A DNA stretch of 64,000 nt from Alphaproteobacteria bacterium (lineage in GTDB: Bacteria; Pseudomonadota; Alphaproteobacteria; RF32; CAG-239). The stretch spans positions 6,467 to 70,466 of the forward strand of contig JAZRCM010000015.1 of the NCBI GenBank assembly GCA_045659785.1, read 5' to 3'. Of the stretch, positions 9,448-19,678 are shown piece by piece. The notes under the pieces were generated by a model. It was given only the letters and a program-made list of their open reading frames with translations. It did no database searches and was not told the DNA's origin. Each line of letters opens with the position of its first letter. Position 1 is the stretch's first letter. Position numbers and translations under genes: made by a program.

Positions 9448-12168
9448 TTATGCCACCAATGCCAAGCTCATATCTGCCAACAGCGGTTCTAAATCTTTGC
9501 CGAAGATTTTGCGAGCGCGGATAATACCGCCTTTATCGTCCATTGTTTCTTGAATATCTTTTGGCTCTATGCGCACATTGGCGATAATGTAGTCTTTTAT
9601 CATCTCAAGCCACTCGTTTTGCTCTGCTGTAAACACAATACCCTTTTTGAGCTGACGACCTTTCCAAAGGTTAAAACGCTGATTGGCAACTTTATCAAAC
9701 TCTTCCAACTTATCATCTTGTCCAATGGCAAAACGCACCAGTTGCACGAGGTTGGTCAGCAACCGCACCGGATTTTTAACATGTTGGACTTTATCTTTTT
9801 CTAACAACTCAAACGCACGCCAAATCTCTATCGGTGCCAAAGGCGGACGTGCCTCACGCATTTTTTCTGCCAGTTCGCGGATATTGGCATAAGTCAGATT
9901 TCTCTTGCAATATTGCGCATTATAAATGATAGAGAGTGCGTCAATTTCATCTTTATTGGCTTCTATAAATTCCTTAAACGAAGTTATGATATTTTTAGCT
10001 TTTTCGCCGTTGATATCCGCAGAAATAACTTCATCTTGCGCCAGTTCATCAATGTAAATGCCGGTTTTGGCACTCATATCAAGCAAAGTTTGCCGCAAAC
10101 TTGATTTATTAAACGTTTTAACCGCATCATCTTTGATTTTTTCTATCTCTTTTGCGGTTTTGCCCTCAAGTTTGTCCGGATCTATGGCATCAAGAATATT
10201 GCCGGCAATTTCATGCAACGGCTTGCCACCGGTCAGAGATTTTATCTTATCTTTTTCTTCATCATTTAAGTTGCGCTCTATATTGACAATGCGTCCGGCA
10301 AGCGTGCTCAATGTGTCATCATCAGTTTTACCTTGTGCTACTTGCTCTAAAAGCTTCTTTAACGAAACCGAGCGTTTGCGCTCCAATGGTTGTGAAGCGG
10401 TCTTTTTACTCTCGGTTACACCGACAGCGTCAATCAAATAAAAGAAACTTTTACCTTCAGCATTCGGCGTTACCTGCTTTAAGTCTGTATCATTAATGGA
10501 ACGAACGCCACGACCTTTCATCTGCTCATAATAAAGCGATGAGCGCACATCTCGCAAAAACATTACCACTTCCAAAGGTTTAATATCCGTGCCGGTGGCA
10601 ATCATATCCACCGTTACGGCAATACGCGGCAAAGGCGAAACACGAAACTGCTTAATCAGTTCTTCCGGCTTTTCACCGGTAACGTTATAGGTAATCTTTT
10701 TGCAAAAATCATTGCCTTGCCCGAAAACTTCTCTCGTGATGCGAACAATTTCTTCGGCATGATTGTCATCTTTGGCAAAAATAAGCGTTTTCGGTGTCCA
10801 CGCAAAATTCGGCTCACGCTCAGGAAACAGCTCGGTATAAAGCGAATTTTTATAACACTCCATAATGGTGCGAATTTGATTTGGCACGAGAACAGAACGG
10901 TCTAAGTCATTCTTTTTATACTCTAAATCTTCGTCCAGTTGCTCATAAGTTATCTTACGGCTTTTCTTATTACGCAGTGGCACAGGAAAAGATTTGTCAA
11001 TTTTGCCACCGTCTTCGCTGATTTTGGTTTTAATGCGTAAAACCTGATAATCTACATTAACACCATCAGCAACTGAGCGCTCATACGGATATTCTGCAAC
11101 AATGTTGCGATTGAAATAACCAAAGGTTTGCTTAGATGGCGTAGCTGTCAAACCGATAATGAAAGCGTCAAAATATTCCAAAACTTGCCGCCAATCGCCG
11201 TAAATACTGCGGTGACATTCATCAGTTATGATAAAATCGAAATAGTCCGGCGGAAGAGCAGAATTGTAATTAACTTCTTTAGGTGCGCTCATTGAGCCGA
11301 GCTCGTAAGCGGAAGCATCTTCGTCTGCCTCATCATAATCTTCTTCACCGCAGAGCATTGAATAAAGCCGTTGAATGGTGGTAATCACAACTTTGGCATC
11401 AGAATCAACCTTATTATGTTGCAAGTGCTGAGCAATATAAACTTGAGGAAATAGGCGATTTACATCAGGTAGGCGAAAGTTTTCAAACTCTTTTTTGGTT
11501 TGTTTGCCGAGATTATTGCGGTCTACCAAGAACAAAATACGCTTTGCTCCGGCATATTTAAGCAAGCGATATGAAAAATTACAAGCCGTAAAAGTTTTTC
11601 CGGCACCGGTTGCCATTTGAATAAGCGCTTTTTGATTGCCTTCCGCTAATGATTTTTCTAAGCCTTCAATGGCTTCAAATTGACAATCGCGTAAGGTGCC
11701 TTTTTCTAATGTAGGCATATTTTGTAAGCGATTGCGCAAGGTACTTTCAACTTCTAACATATTCAGCAATGATTGGGGCGAATGAAAAGCAAAAATGCGC
11801 CGAGAACGGCAGATTTTATCCCGCCCGTCACAAAAGAAAGTCTCATCACCGGTGCTTTCATAAATAAAAGGTAACGGCATTTGCCAGTTTTTAACGTATT
11901 CCGGTAAATGGCAAGCATATCCATGCGATTGATTTTCAACACCGCTTAAAGCAACACCAGCTTTCTTTGCTTCTATAACACCGCAGGCTTTGCCATCTAC
12001 AAACAAAAGATAGTCAGCCTCTGTGTTATCATCCATCAGAAACTCGCGAACAGCCACGCCTAAACTAGCTGTGCGGTCAAAATTCTCACGGTTCTGTATT
12101 ATCCAACCGGCATTTATCAGTTGTTCATCTATTTTTTCTCTTGCTTTTTCTTCCGGGGTTGAAGTCAT
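9448..12168 (-). CDS. hsdR: Type I restriction endonuclease subunit R (EcoEI-like C-terminus)
   Basis: ADYLL...VIEAKK nuclease motif, MATGAGKT, DECHR, GLTATP, QMKGRGVR. Confidence 0.96.
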   Translation of the reverse strand: MTSTPEEKAREKIDEQLINAGWIIQNRENFDRTASLGVAVREFLMDDNTEADYLLFVDGKACGVIEAKKAGVALSGVENQSHGYACHLPEYVKNWQMPLPFIYESTGDETFFCDGRDKICRSRRIFAFHSPQSLLNMLEVESTLRNRLQNMPTLEKGTLRDCQFEAIEGLEKSLAEGNQKALIQMATGAGKTFTACNFSYRLLKYAGAKRILFLVDRNNLGKQTKKEFENFRLPDVNRLFPQVYIAQHLQHNKVDSDAKVVITTIQRLYSMLCGEEDYDEADEDASAYELGSMSAPKEVNYNSALPPDYFDFIITDECHRSIYGDWRQVLEYFDAFIIGLTATPSKQTFGYFNRNIVAEYPYERSVADGVNVDYQVLRIKTKISEDGGKIDKSFPVPLRNKKSRKITYEQLDEDLEYKKNDLDRSVLVPNQIRTIMECYKNSLYTELFPEREPNFAWTPKTLIFAKDDNHAEEIVRITREVFGQGNDFCKKITYNVTGEKPEELIKQFRVSPLPRIAVTVDMIATGTDIKPLEVVMFLRDVRSSLYYEQMKGRGVRSINDTDLKQVTPNAEGKSFFYLIDAVGVTESKKTASQPLERKRSVSLKKLLEQVAQGKTDDDTLSTLAGRIVNIERNLNDEEKDKIKSLTGGKPLHEIAGNILDAIDPDKLEGKTAKEIEKIKDDAVKTFNKSSLRQTLLDMSAKTGIYIDELAQDEVISADINGEKAKNIITSFKEFIEANKDEIDALSIIYNAQYCKRNLTYANIRELAEKMREARPPLAPIEIWRAFELLEKDKVQHVKNPVRLLTNLVQLVRFAIGQDDKLEEFDKVANQRFNLWKGRQLKKGIVFTAEQNEWLEMIKDYIIANVRIEPKDIQETMDDKGGIIRARKIFGKDLEPLLADMSLALVA

Positions 12169-12386
12169 TTGAAAGTTCCCAAAGTTATATTATGGCAACG
12201 ATTTTATACTAAATTCCTCGGAAATCAAGTTGTATTTTATTACTCACAATTCCCTAAAATTATTTTTATAGCTTTTATAAATTTCTTTGTATTTTATAAA
12301 GTTCTTTAAAAATATAAACTGCTAATTTGAATACTTTACAAAACTTGTAAAGTATCATAATAACTTATTAGAGATTATAGTGTTTG

Positions 12387-12406
12387 TGCTTACTATTTGC
12401 TTACTA
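12387..12406. repeat. Direct repeat TGCTTACTA x2, possible integrase arm-type site
   Basis: tgcttacta-tt-tgcttacta about 70 bp from the tRNA-Phe 3' end. Confidence 0.4.
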
Positions 12407-12446
12407 CTAAAATCTAAAGACTTAAAACAAAGGGATTTAAAACAAC

Positions 12447-12472
12447 AAAAAGCCTTGATAATCAAGGCTTTT
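12447..12472 (-). terminator. Terminator downstream of tRNA-Phe
   Basis: aaaaagccttgataatcaaggctttt hairpin. Confidence 0.7.
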
Positions 12473-12475
12473 AAG

Positions 12476-12551
<76 letters not shown>

Positions 12552-12705
12552 ATCGGATACAGCAAGCTTTATAATAGATATTTTTTATATTGTCCAGCAT
12601 ATTTTTTATTTTTTTTGCATTTTATTGTTAACATATTGTTTTAATGTATAAAAAACATTAATAAAGCTTTCAAAAACTAAATTGTATCGCTTCAAAACAA
12701 TGTAC

Positions 12706-14676
12706 TCACTCGTGTTCTGCTCGATATTTTGCTACTGCCATAGACATTGCATACATTTTTCTATATAGCTTTTCACCGTTTTCGGTCATTTGTTCCATTA
12801 ATTTTTCGCTTTTTTCATCAGTAGCTGCCAAAAAGCTTACATCTTCTATCGGACGACAACTTAATGCTCCCTCTACTCCATTAACCAAAACACGAGCTTC
12901 TGTTTTTATCAAATTAGCTCCATCTTCAGTCATCAGAGCGTTCGTTTGCAATCCCCAATAATTGTGTTCATCAGCTCCTTCTCCCATTTCGTGGGCAAGA
13001 AACAACTCGCCCCTATTTCCCGGAAAATAACTCAACGGAATTTTTTCGCTTTTTCTTATCGACTGCACAGCTCTTTCAAAATTGTTATAATGACTGGTTT
13101 CCATATCTGCTGAAGAAAAGAATGATACAAAAGTAGATTTTGAAACACCTAACGGACAATAAGGCGATTGAGCAACAACTAACATTTGTTTTTGAATATA
13201 TTCTCTGTCTTCCTTGTTATATCCCAATTCTTGCATTTTTTGTTGCATCATTTCTTCTAACATCAAAGCAGTATAAGCGCCGTGACAATGTGCAACAATA
13301 TTGAGTTTTCTTATCTTTTGTGCTGCATCTTCTGCATCAAGTTTTTCTGTTCCGTTGGTTTTAGATATGCGAGGCAAAATCAATCTGTCGAATATATCTT
13401 TGACATATTTGGGATTTATCGTATCTTCGCTTAACTTCTTATCCATTTTAATACTGCGATGATATTTTTCCATCATTTTGGTACGAGCTTGATTTTGATT
13501 ATAAAAATCACCAAAATCATAAACCACACCACATACTTTTACATCTTGTTCTAAATCGTTATCTTTCAACAGCTGATAAACACTGCTCATATATCCGTTT
13601 ATTTCTTTTTCGCCTCTGACTCCATCTCCGCCTAAAACCAAAACACAAACATCGTCGGGAGATATTTCGTTAAGGCTCTTAATTCCATACGGACAATCGT
13701 CGGTCTTTTCCCCTCTTTCATAGTATGAAACGCTACTACGCAACTTTTCATAGTCGTTTGTAGCTCTCCAAGCTGTTTTTTTGGACACGGAATTATTGTT
13801 CGGATGCTCTAATCCTGTTGCTATAATATCTTTTATTTTTTGTGTTCGTGACGGAAAATTCACCATTATTTTTCCCAAACTGGAAAAAGCCGTATTAAGG
13901 CTTGCCGAATTATTATCCTCTTTAACAATATATTTTTCAATCAAGCCGATAGCTCTATCGACATCTTCTTTACTGTCAAATTGCGGTTCATCCATATTTA
14001 TAAATACAGAACCTTCACATTCAGGCTCTTCACTGGCAACGTTACAAACTGCTATATCTGCCAAATTAGCATAAAACGAACCATATTTTGAAGATATAAT
14101 CTCAGGATTTTCCAATTCTCTAAAAATTTGTTCACTTAACTCGGGATGAGCAATATATATTTTACTTAAATCCATATATACTTCATTTTTCAACTTTGGA
14201 TGTTGCATTATTTCGCTCAACATTGCTGAAGCATTTTCCTTACTTTGTTCAACACATTTAACCGCTACTCTTTTGTATCTGAATATTCCGTTGCTATCGG
14301 TATTGTCGACATCATCCATTGTTTTACGAAAAATATATTCTGCCAACTCCGGTTTGTCTTTTAATATATTCTCAGCAAAAGATAATGCAAATCTTGGACT
14401 TTGCTTCATTGCAATATCAAAATTCTTACATATTTCTTCATTAGAAAGTTTCTTTGAAGCAGCCTCAAATGTTTTTACTGCAGTAGGCATTATGTCTGCA
14501 CACATAAAAGGATTATTGGCGGAATAAGCCACAGCCGGTGCAACATATTCGGAATATTCGGGATATTCTTCTACTATCTCTTGTAGCTTTTTATAAAAAT
14601 CAAGAGCCTGATTAAAACTTAAGTCTTTATTCTCTTGAAATTCACTTATGACATTTAAGGCTTCACTTTTTAACAT
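12706..14676 (-). CDS. Orphan protein: helical N-terminal region plus possible alpha/beta-hydrolase C-terminal domain
   Basis: 656-aa ORF with GGAGG SD; VLVLGG, LNIVAHCHGAY nucleophile-elbow-like motif, late DEHN. Confidence 0.7.
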   Translation of the reverse strand: MLKSEALNVISEFQENKDLSFNQALDFYKKLQEIVEEYPEYSEYVAPAVAYSANNPFMCADIMPTAVKTFEAASKKLSNEEICKNFDIAMKQSPRFALSFAENILKDKPELAEYIFRKTMDDVDNTDSNGIFRYKRVAVKCVEQSKENASAMLSEIMQHPKLKNEVYMDLSKIYIAHPELSEQIFRELENPEIISSKYGSFYANLADIAVCNVASEEPECEGSVFINMDEPQFDSKEDVDRAIGLIEKYIVKEDNNSASLNTAFSSLGKIMVNFPSRTQKIKDIIATGLEHPNNNSVSKKTAWRATNDYEKLRSSVSYYERGEKTDDCPYGIKSLNEISPDDVCVLVLGGDGVRGEKEINGYMSSVYQLLKDNDLEQDVKVCGVVYDFGDFYNQNQARTKMMEKYHRSIKMDKKLSEDTINPKYVKDIFDRLILPRISKTNGTEKLDAEDAAQKIRKLNIVAHCHGAYTALMLEEMMQQKMQELGYNKEDREYIQKQMLVVAQSPYCPLGVSKSTFVSFFSSADMETSHYNNFERAVQSIRKSEKIPLSYFPGNRGELFLAHEMGEGADEHNYWGLQTNALMTEDGANLIKTEARVLVNGVEGALSCRPIEDVSFLAATDEKSEKLMEQMTENGEKLYRKMYAMSMAVAKYRAEHE

Positions 14677-14795
14677 TACAATCCTCCCGAAATATGCAAC
14701 GATGATAACATAATATCGCTGTTTTGTCTATTTTAAAATAATAAATGCACCTCATTTAAAATAAGGAGGTGCATTATTTTTGTGCGGAACTGTTT

Positions 14796-14939
14796 TTATC
14801 GTTTAGAAAAAACTTTGTCTGCGAGGGATCTACACTTGTCAACAAGCCACTCAAAAATCATAAATAGCGCTAACCCTGAATAAAGAGTTATAACAAACGG
14901 CACTATCACAAAGATAAGGATAAAAACATCTTTTTTCAT
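14796..14939 (-). CDS. Small membrane protein (47 aa)
   Basis: MKKDVFILIFVIVPFVITLYSGLALFMIFEWLVDKCRSLADKVFSKR*; upstream TTGACA near 14995-15000, downstream hairpin near 14745-14775. Confidence 0.5.
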   Translation of the reverse strand: MKKDVFILIFVIVPFVITLYSGLALFMIFEWLVDKCRSLADKVFSKR

Positions 14940-15072
14940 ATAGTGGTAAGAATAATTAGGTAAATCAAAATTATTATATATTTTGATATTTTTTTGTCAA
15001 TATATTAAAAACAAAAAAGCTCCCCCACCTCACGGTGGAGAAGCTTTAATGCTTTCAGGGGACTTTTATTAA

Positions 15073-16095
15073 TTAGAGTCCCAAAGCCTTACGGACAGTC
15101 GGATAAGCTCCCTGATTCATCTGACGGTCGATGGCATAGTGCCACTCATGCTTACCGTTCTTATCATACATAAGGTTGACATCACAACCCTTGTAAGAGA
15201 ACATCGGCATATCAAGCAACTCATCGTATGTCAAGCGACCGGTCCAAAGCATACGCAATACGTAGAAGTACTGCTTCGGCTCATCACCTGTCTTGCGGAT
15301 ATTACCCTCGGCATCCTGAAGCAGCAACCAGTCAGTCGCCTCCTCAAATTTGCCTTCGTTTACCTTCTTGAGGAAAGTAGAACGAATAAATCCGTACTTA
15401 CCCATACGCATTGCTACGAGTGTTACTGTTGCCATCTGATCCTCGGTAAGCTTAACTGTAACATTGTCAAGCACCAGAGGTTTCCAGCTGTCAGCGACAA
15501 CCTTAAGAGCCTCCTCGTATGTCTTGCCGGTAAAGTTGTAATCAGCGACAGGTTTGTCGTCGATAAACTTAAATCCTACAAGTGCACGAGGACAAGTCTT
15601 AGTCACTTTCTCCTGCACACCATCAAGGTACGCACGAGCAACAACAACCTTATCAAAGGCATTGTCATAAACTACAACCTGCTCAGCCTTCTCCTGCTGC
15701 TCGATAACTACGGCAGACCCCTTCTCATCACCACCACACTTGTTAAGGCAGAAAAGTGCCAAAACTACTGCGCAAAGAATAAGAAGAAGCCACCACCAGT
15801 TACGATCAGGTTTATCCTCTGTAGGAGTTTCTGCCTTAGGCTCTCTCTTGAAGAGACCACAAAGCCATCTCCAGAAACGAGCTATCTGCGCACCTATCCA
15901 GCAAAGACCTGCCCAGATATAAGGTGCAACCCAACAGAGACCTGCCCAGAGATACTTACCCAAAACGTAGATAACTACGAATGGGATTATTACTACGCAA
16001 AGAAGAATCTTTGCAACAGTGAGGAGATTGTACTGAATAGTAAGCTCACCCTCATACCAATGTCCATTGGCTTTTTTCAATGAAAATACGCTCAT
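15073..16095 (-). CDS. Membrane-anchored protein with a possible GH24 lysozyme-like C-terminal domain
   Basis: N-terminal TM segments; VTVKLTEDQMATVTLVAMRMGKYGFIRSTFLKKVNEGKFEEA resembles the phage lysozyme C-lobe. Confidence 0.65.
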   Translation of the reverse strand: MSVFSLKKANGHWYEGELTIQYNLLTVAKILLCVVIIPFVVIYVLGKYLWAGLCWVAPYIWAGLCWIGAQIARFWRWLCGLFKREPKAETPTEDKPDRNWWWLLLILCAVVLALFCLNKCGGDEKGSAVVIEQQEKAEQVVVYDNAFDKVVVARAYLDGVQEKVTKTCPRALVGFKFIDDKPVADYNFTGKTYEEALKVVADSWKPLVLDNVTVKLTEDQMATVTLVAMRMGKYGFIRSTFLKKVNEGKFEEATDWLLLQDAEGNIRKTGDEPKQYFYVLRMLWTGRLTYDELLDMPMFSYKGCDVNLMYDKNGKHEWHYAIDRQMNQGAYPTVRKALGL

Positions 16096-16425
16096 ATATT
16101 ATAGATTAAAGTGTTAGTATTCTTATACATGTTGTAGAAACTAATATTTTCTACATGAGCTATATGATAATTCGATAATAATATATAGCTGATAATTGTT
16201 TATCACTTTACATAATACCTCTTAAAATATTTTTTGTCAACTGAATTTGTCCATAAAAATCCACAAAAACTAAAACATCAAAAAAACAGCAAAAATTGGC
16301 TAAAAAACATCATTTTTTTGCTTTTTTTGTTAAAAAATACGTATTTTTTGCATATTTTTGTTGTTTTAAAAATAACAATAGAGTACAAATACGATGTTTA
16401 GTATTAATTTATAGAGAGAATTTGA

Positions 16426-16899
16426 ATGTCAGATACTATTGATACCAAAATTGTTAGCAGATTGGCAGCAATTTTAAAAGTTAATGATTTAGCAGAATTA
16501 GAATATGAAACAGAAAATGTTCGCATTTCATTGATTAAATCTCGTGGTGTTGTAACTGCTCCCGCAGTTGCTCCCGTCGTAGCTCCGGCTCCTGTTGTTG
16601 CTCCTGCTGCTCCCGTTAGCGCTCCGACAGAAAATACAGAAAGCAACGTAGATGTTGCTTCTCTCCCCGGTTGTGTAAAATCTCCGATGGTGGGTGTTGT
16701 TTATCTTGCAAGCGATCCTAACGCTGCCCCATACGTTAAAATCGGCGATACCGTTAGCCAAGGTGATACTGTTTGTTTGATTGAAGCTATGAAAACTTTC
16801 AATCCGGTAAAAGCTCCTATGGGCGGTAGAGTTACCAAAATTTTGGTAGAAAGCGGAGATCCTGTTGAATACGGCGAACCGCTTGTTGTTATTGAATAA
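16426..16899 (+). CDS. accB: Acetyl-CoA carboxylase biotin carboxyl carrier protein
   Basis: Ala/Pro linker, VKSPMVG, IEAMK biotinylation motif. Confidence 0.96.
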   Translation: MSDTIDTKIVSRLAAILKVNDLAELEYETENVRISLIKSRGVVTAPAVAPVVAPAPVVAPAAPVSAPTENTESNVDVASLPGCVKSPMVGVVYLASDPNAAPYVKIGDTVSQGDTVCLIEAMKTFNPVKAPMGGRVTKILVESGDPVEYGEPLVVIE

Positions 16900-16915
16900 T
16901 AACTGGGAATTTAAT

Positions 16916-18265
16916 ATGTTTGAAAAAGTTTTAATTGCTAACCGTGGCGAAATTGCTCTACGCATCCATCGTGCTTGTCGTGAAATGGGCATCAGAACGG
17001 TTGCAGTACACTCTGAAGCCGATGCAAATGCAATGCACGTCCGCTTGGCTGACGAAGCTGTTTGTATCGGACCGGCTCGCTCTGCCGATTCTTATTTGAA
17101 CAAATCTGCAATTATTTCTGCAGCTATTGTTACCGGTGCAGATGCAATTCACCCCGGTTTCGGCTTTTTATCCGAAAATGCCGATTTTGCTGAAATGGTA
17201 GAATCTCATGGTATTACATTTATCGGACCGACCGCTGCTCAAATGCGCAAAATGGGCGATAAAATTACCGCTCGACAAGCCGCTATTGAAGCAGGCCTTC
17301 CTGTTACCCCCGGTTCTCCATCTTTAGATACAGTTGAAGATGCTAAAAAATGGGCTAATGAAATCGGATATCCCGTGATTATCAAAGCCAAAGACGGCGG
17401 TGGCGGAAAAGGTATGAAAGTTGCTTTTAGCGACGATGATATTACCGAAGCATACACAATGGCTCGTGCCGAAGCAAAGGCTGCTTTTCCGAGTGATGTG
17501 GTTTATATGGAGAAATATTTACAAAAACCTCGTCACATTGAAATGCAAATCTTAGCCGATAAATATGGTAATGTTGTGCATTTAGGCGAAAGAGATTGTT
17601 CTATTCAACGCAATAACCAAAAAGTTATTGAAGAAAGTCCTTCTCCTGCCCTCAATCAGGCACAAAGAGAAGAAATCGGCGAAATCGTTCGTAAGGCTAT
17701 TGAAAAAATCGGATATTTCAATGCCGGTACTTTAGAATTTTTGTATGAAGACGGAAAATTCTACTTTTTGGAAATGAACACTCGTTTGCAAGTAGAACAC
17801 CCCGTTACCGAAGCTGTTAGCGGAATTGATATTGTTCGTGAACAAATCAGAATTGCCAGCGGTGCTGCTTTAGGTTATGAACAAAAAGACATAAAGTTCA
17901 ACGGACATGCTATTGAATGTCGTATCAATGCCGAAAATCCAGAGACATTTACCCCTTGTCCGGGAAAAATTACCGAATGGCATGCTCCGGGCGGTTTAGG
18001 TGTTCGTGTGGATTCCGAAATCTATTCAGGATATGCAATTCCTCCGTTTTATGACAGTATGATTGCAAAACTCATTGTTCACGGACATACTCGCAATGCA
18101 GCATTGATGAGAGTTCGTCGTGCTTTGGAAGAATTTGTTATCGACGGTGTTTCAACAACTATTCCTCTACATCAGGAAATTATATCTCAAGCCGAATATA
18201 TTGACGGTATGTATAATATTCACTGGTTGGAAGAATATATGAAATCGCGCAAAACCGAAAAATAA
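16916..18265 (+). CDS. accC: Acetyl-CoA carboxylase biotin carboxylase
   Basis: MFEKVLIANRGEIA, GGGGKGM, ERDCSIQR, FLEMNTRLQVEHPVTE. Confidence 0.97.
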   Translation: MFEKVLIANRGEIALRIHRACREMGIRTVAVHSEADANAMHVRLADEAVCIGPARSADSYLNKSAIISAAIVTGADAIHPGFGFLSENADFAEMVESHGITFIGPTAAQMRKMGDKITARQAAIEAGLPVTPGSPSLDTVEDAKKWANEIGYPVIIKAKDGGGGKGMKVAFSDDDITEAYTMARAEAKAAFPSDVVYMEKYLQKPRHIEMQILADKYGNVVHLGERDCSIQRNNQKVIEESPSPALNQAQREEIGEIVRKAIEKIGYFNAGTLEFLYEDGKFYFLEMNTRLQVEHPVTEAVSGIDIVREQIRIASGAALGYEQKDIKFNGHAIECRINAENPETFTPCPGKITEWHAPGGLGVRVDSEIYSGYAIPPFYDSMIAKLIVHGHTRNAALMRVRRALEEFVIDGVSTTIPLHQEIISQAEYIDGMYNIHWLEEYMKSRKTEK

Positions 18266-18267
18266 GC

Positions 18268-18297
18268 AAAAGCCCTGAAAAATCAGGGCTTTATTTT
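18268..18297 (+). terminator. accBC terminator
   Basis: aaagccctgaaaaatcagggcttt followed by T tract. Confidence 0.7.
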
Positions 18298-18410
18298 TCG
18301 ACATTTTAAAGTACGAATATTTTACTTTAACCAACAAAAAAGAGCTTATCTCACGACAAGCTCTTTTCAAATCAATATTTACGTTTAACTGCGGAATTAA
18401 ACCGCTTTTT

Positions 18411-19583
18411 TCACAATTTTGCTTTTATCTCCTTGCATGAATACACACCATCGCCGGCGCATACCACACAAGTTAACGGTTTCGAGAAAATAGTCTCGGC
18501 AATCTCTTTGACATCGCTTGCATTAACCTGCCAAGTAGCGTTGATACGCTCGTTGATATCATACATCTGTCCGCGTCCGAGAACCTGCCATGCTATCTCA
18601 ACAGCACTGTCTTGCGGTTGAGAGAAAATAAACAGCTTTTCGGCCATCGCACGATTGCGAGAGGTTTCCATACGGCGATCAGAAGCGAGAGTTGTGCGCA
18701 AACGGTTGACATTAGCACAAATGATGTCGATAAATTCATTTACATCTTCACCATCATGCGATGTTACGGCAACACGCAGAGTTCTCATTCCGTAATAGCC
18801 GGCAATCTTTACTTCGATATCAACATCTTTTCCGATAAATGAGCGTTCCAAACGGCCCGATAACATACTCATCAAAACATTAGCTTCTGCAACATTGCTC
18901 AAGTTAGAAACATCCCAACCCATCATCACTTGACGATAGCCGCCCTTTGAAGGCAAGCGGTCGAAACCACCGGTGTAAATATCATTTATCACCTTGTGCT
19001 TGCGGCCTGCCGGAATCTCCCCAAAATACTTTTCTGCCATATTGCGAAGTTCATTGTCTGTGTAGTCCGGACAATTTATCGCTACCACCATGTTTTTACC
19101 GGTAAGATACTTAGCGGCAAACTCATACAAATCGTTCATACCATAGCTACTGATAGCCTTGATATAAACATCGCTGTCCCAAACCTTGCTGGCATCACGA
19201 AAAGCCGTATGCTTATACAGTAATTTCATCTGACGTTTAGGCAATGGTGCCAAATCACGAGTATGAGCTACGATGTCGTCGGCAGTCATCTTTATCAAGT
19301 CGGGATGGAAATGCGGCTGTCTCATCAAATTAGAGAGCTTACGCATAGTCAATTCCAAATCCTGAACATCGCAACCAGTAAAATAGGTTGTGATAGTACC
19401 GCCATACACCGCCTGAATACCACACGACTGCTTCAACAACACTTGCTCAAAAAGAGCCGCCAAACCGAGTTTAGGTTCATTCACATGACCGACATTCACG
19501 GTAACAGATACACTTGTCTGCTGACTGAGTCTCGAAGTAACAACAGTAATACCGTTGTAAAGCTTAAAATTTTTTCTTTCCAT
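18411..19583 (-). CDS. M16 (insulinase) family peptidase-like protein, probably inactive
   Basis: KLYNGITVV...VNVGHVNEP.LGLAALFEQ where HxxEH is expected; M16-like C-terminus VNASDVKEIAETIF. Confidence 0.75.
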   Translation of the reverse strand: MERKNFKLYNGITVVTSRLSQQTSVSVTVNVGHVNEPKLGLAALFEQVLLKQSCGIQAVYGGTITTYFTGCDVQDLELTMRKLSNLMRQPHFHPDLIKMTADDIVAHTRDLAPLPKRQMKLLYKHTAFRDASKVWDSDVYIKAISSYGMNDLYEFAAKYLTGKNMVVAINCPDYTDNELRNMAEKYFGEIPAGRKHKVINDIYTGGFDRLPSKGGYRQVMMGWDVSNLSNVAEANVLMSMLSGRLERSFIGKDVDIEVKIAGYYGMRTLRVAVTSHDGEDVNEFIDIICANVNRLRTTLASDRRMETSRNRAMAEKLFIFSQPQDSAVEIAWQVLGRGQMYDINERINATWQVNASDVKEIAETIFSKPLTCVVCAGDGVYSCKEIKAKL

Positions 19584-19678
19584 AGTGAAAAATTTTTGAG
19601 TTAGAAAAATAGAGTTAATAATCACAAATAGACGGCGGTTATATACCCGTGATTATTAAATGTCAAATATTTTTATCT

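Noticed and set aside
15139-16083. 314-aa plus-strand ORF
   Set aside because: Antisense shadow of the 15073-16095 gene, caused by its codon bias; no motif or RBS
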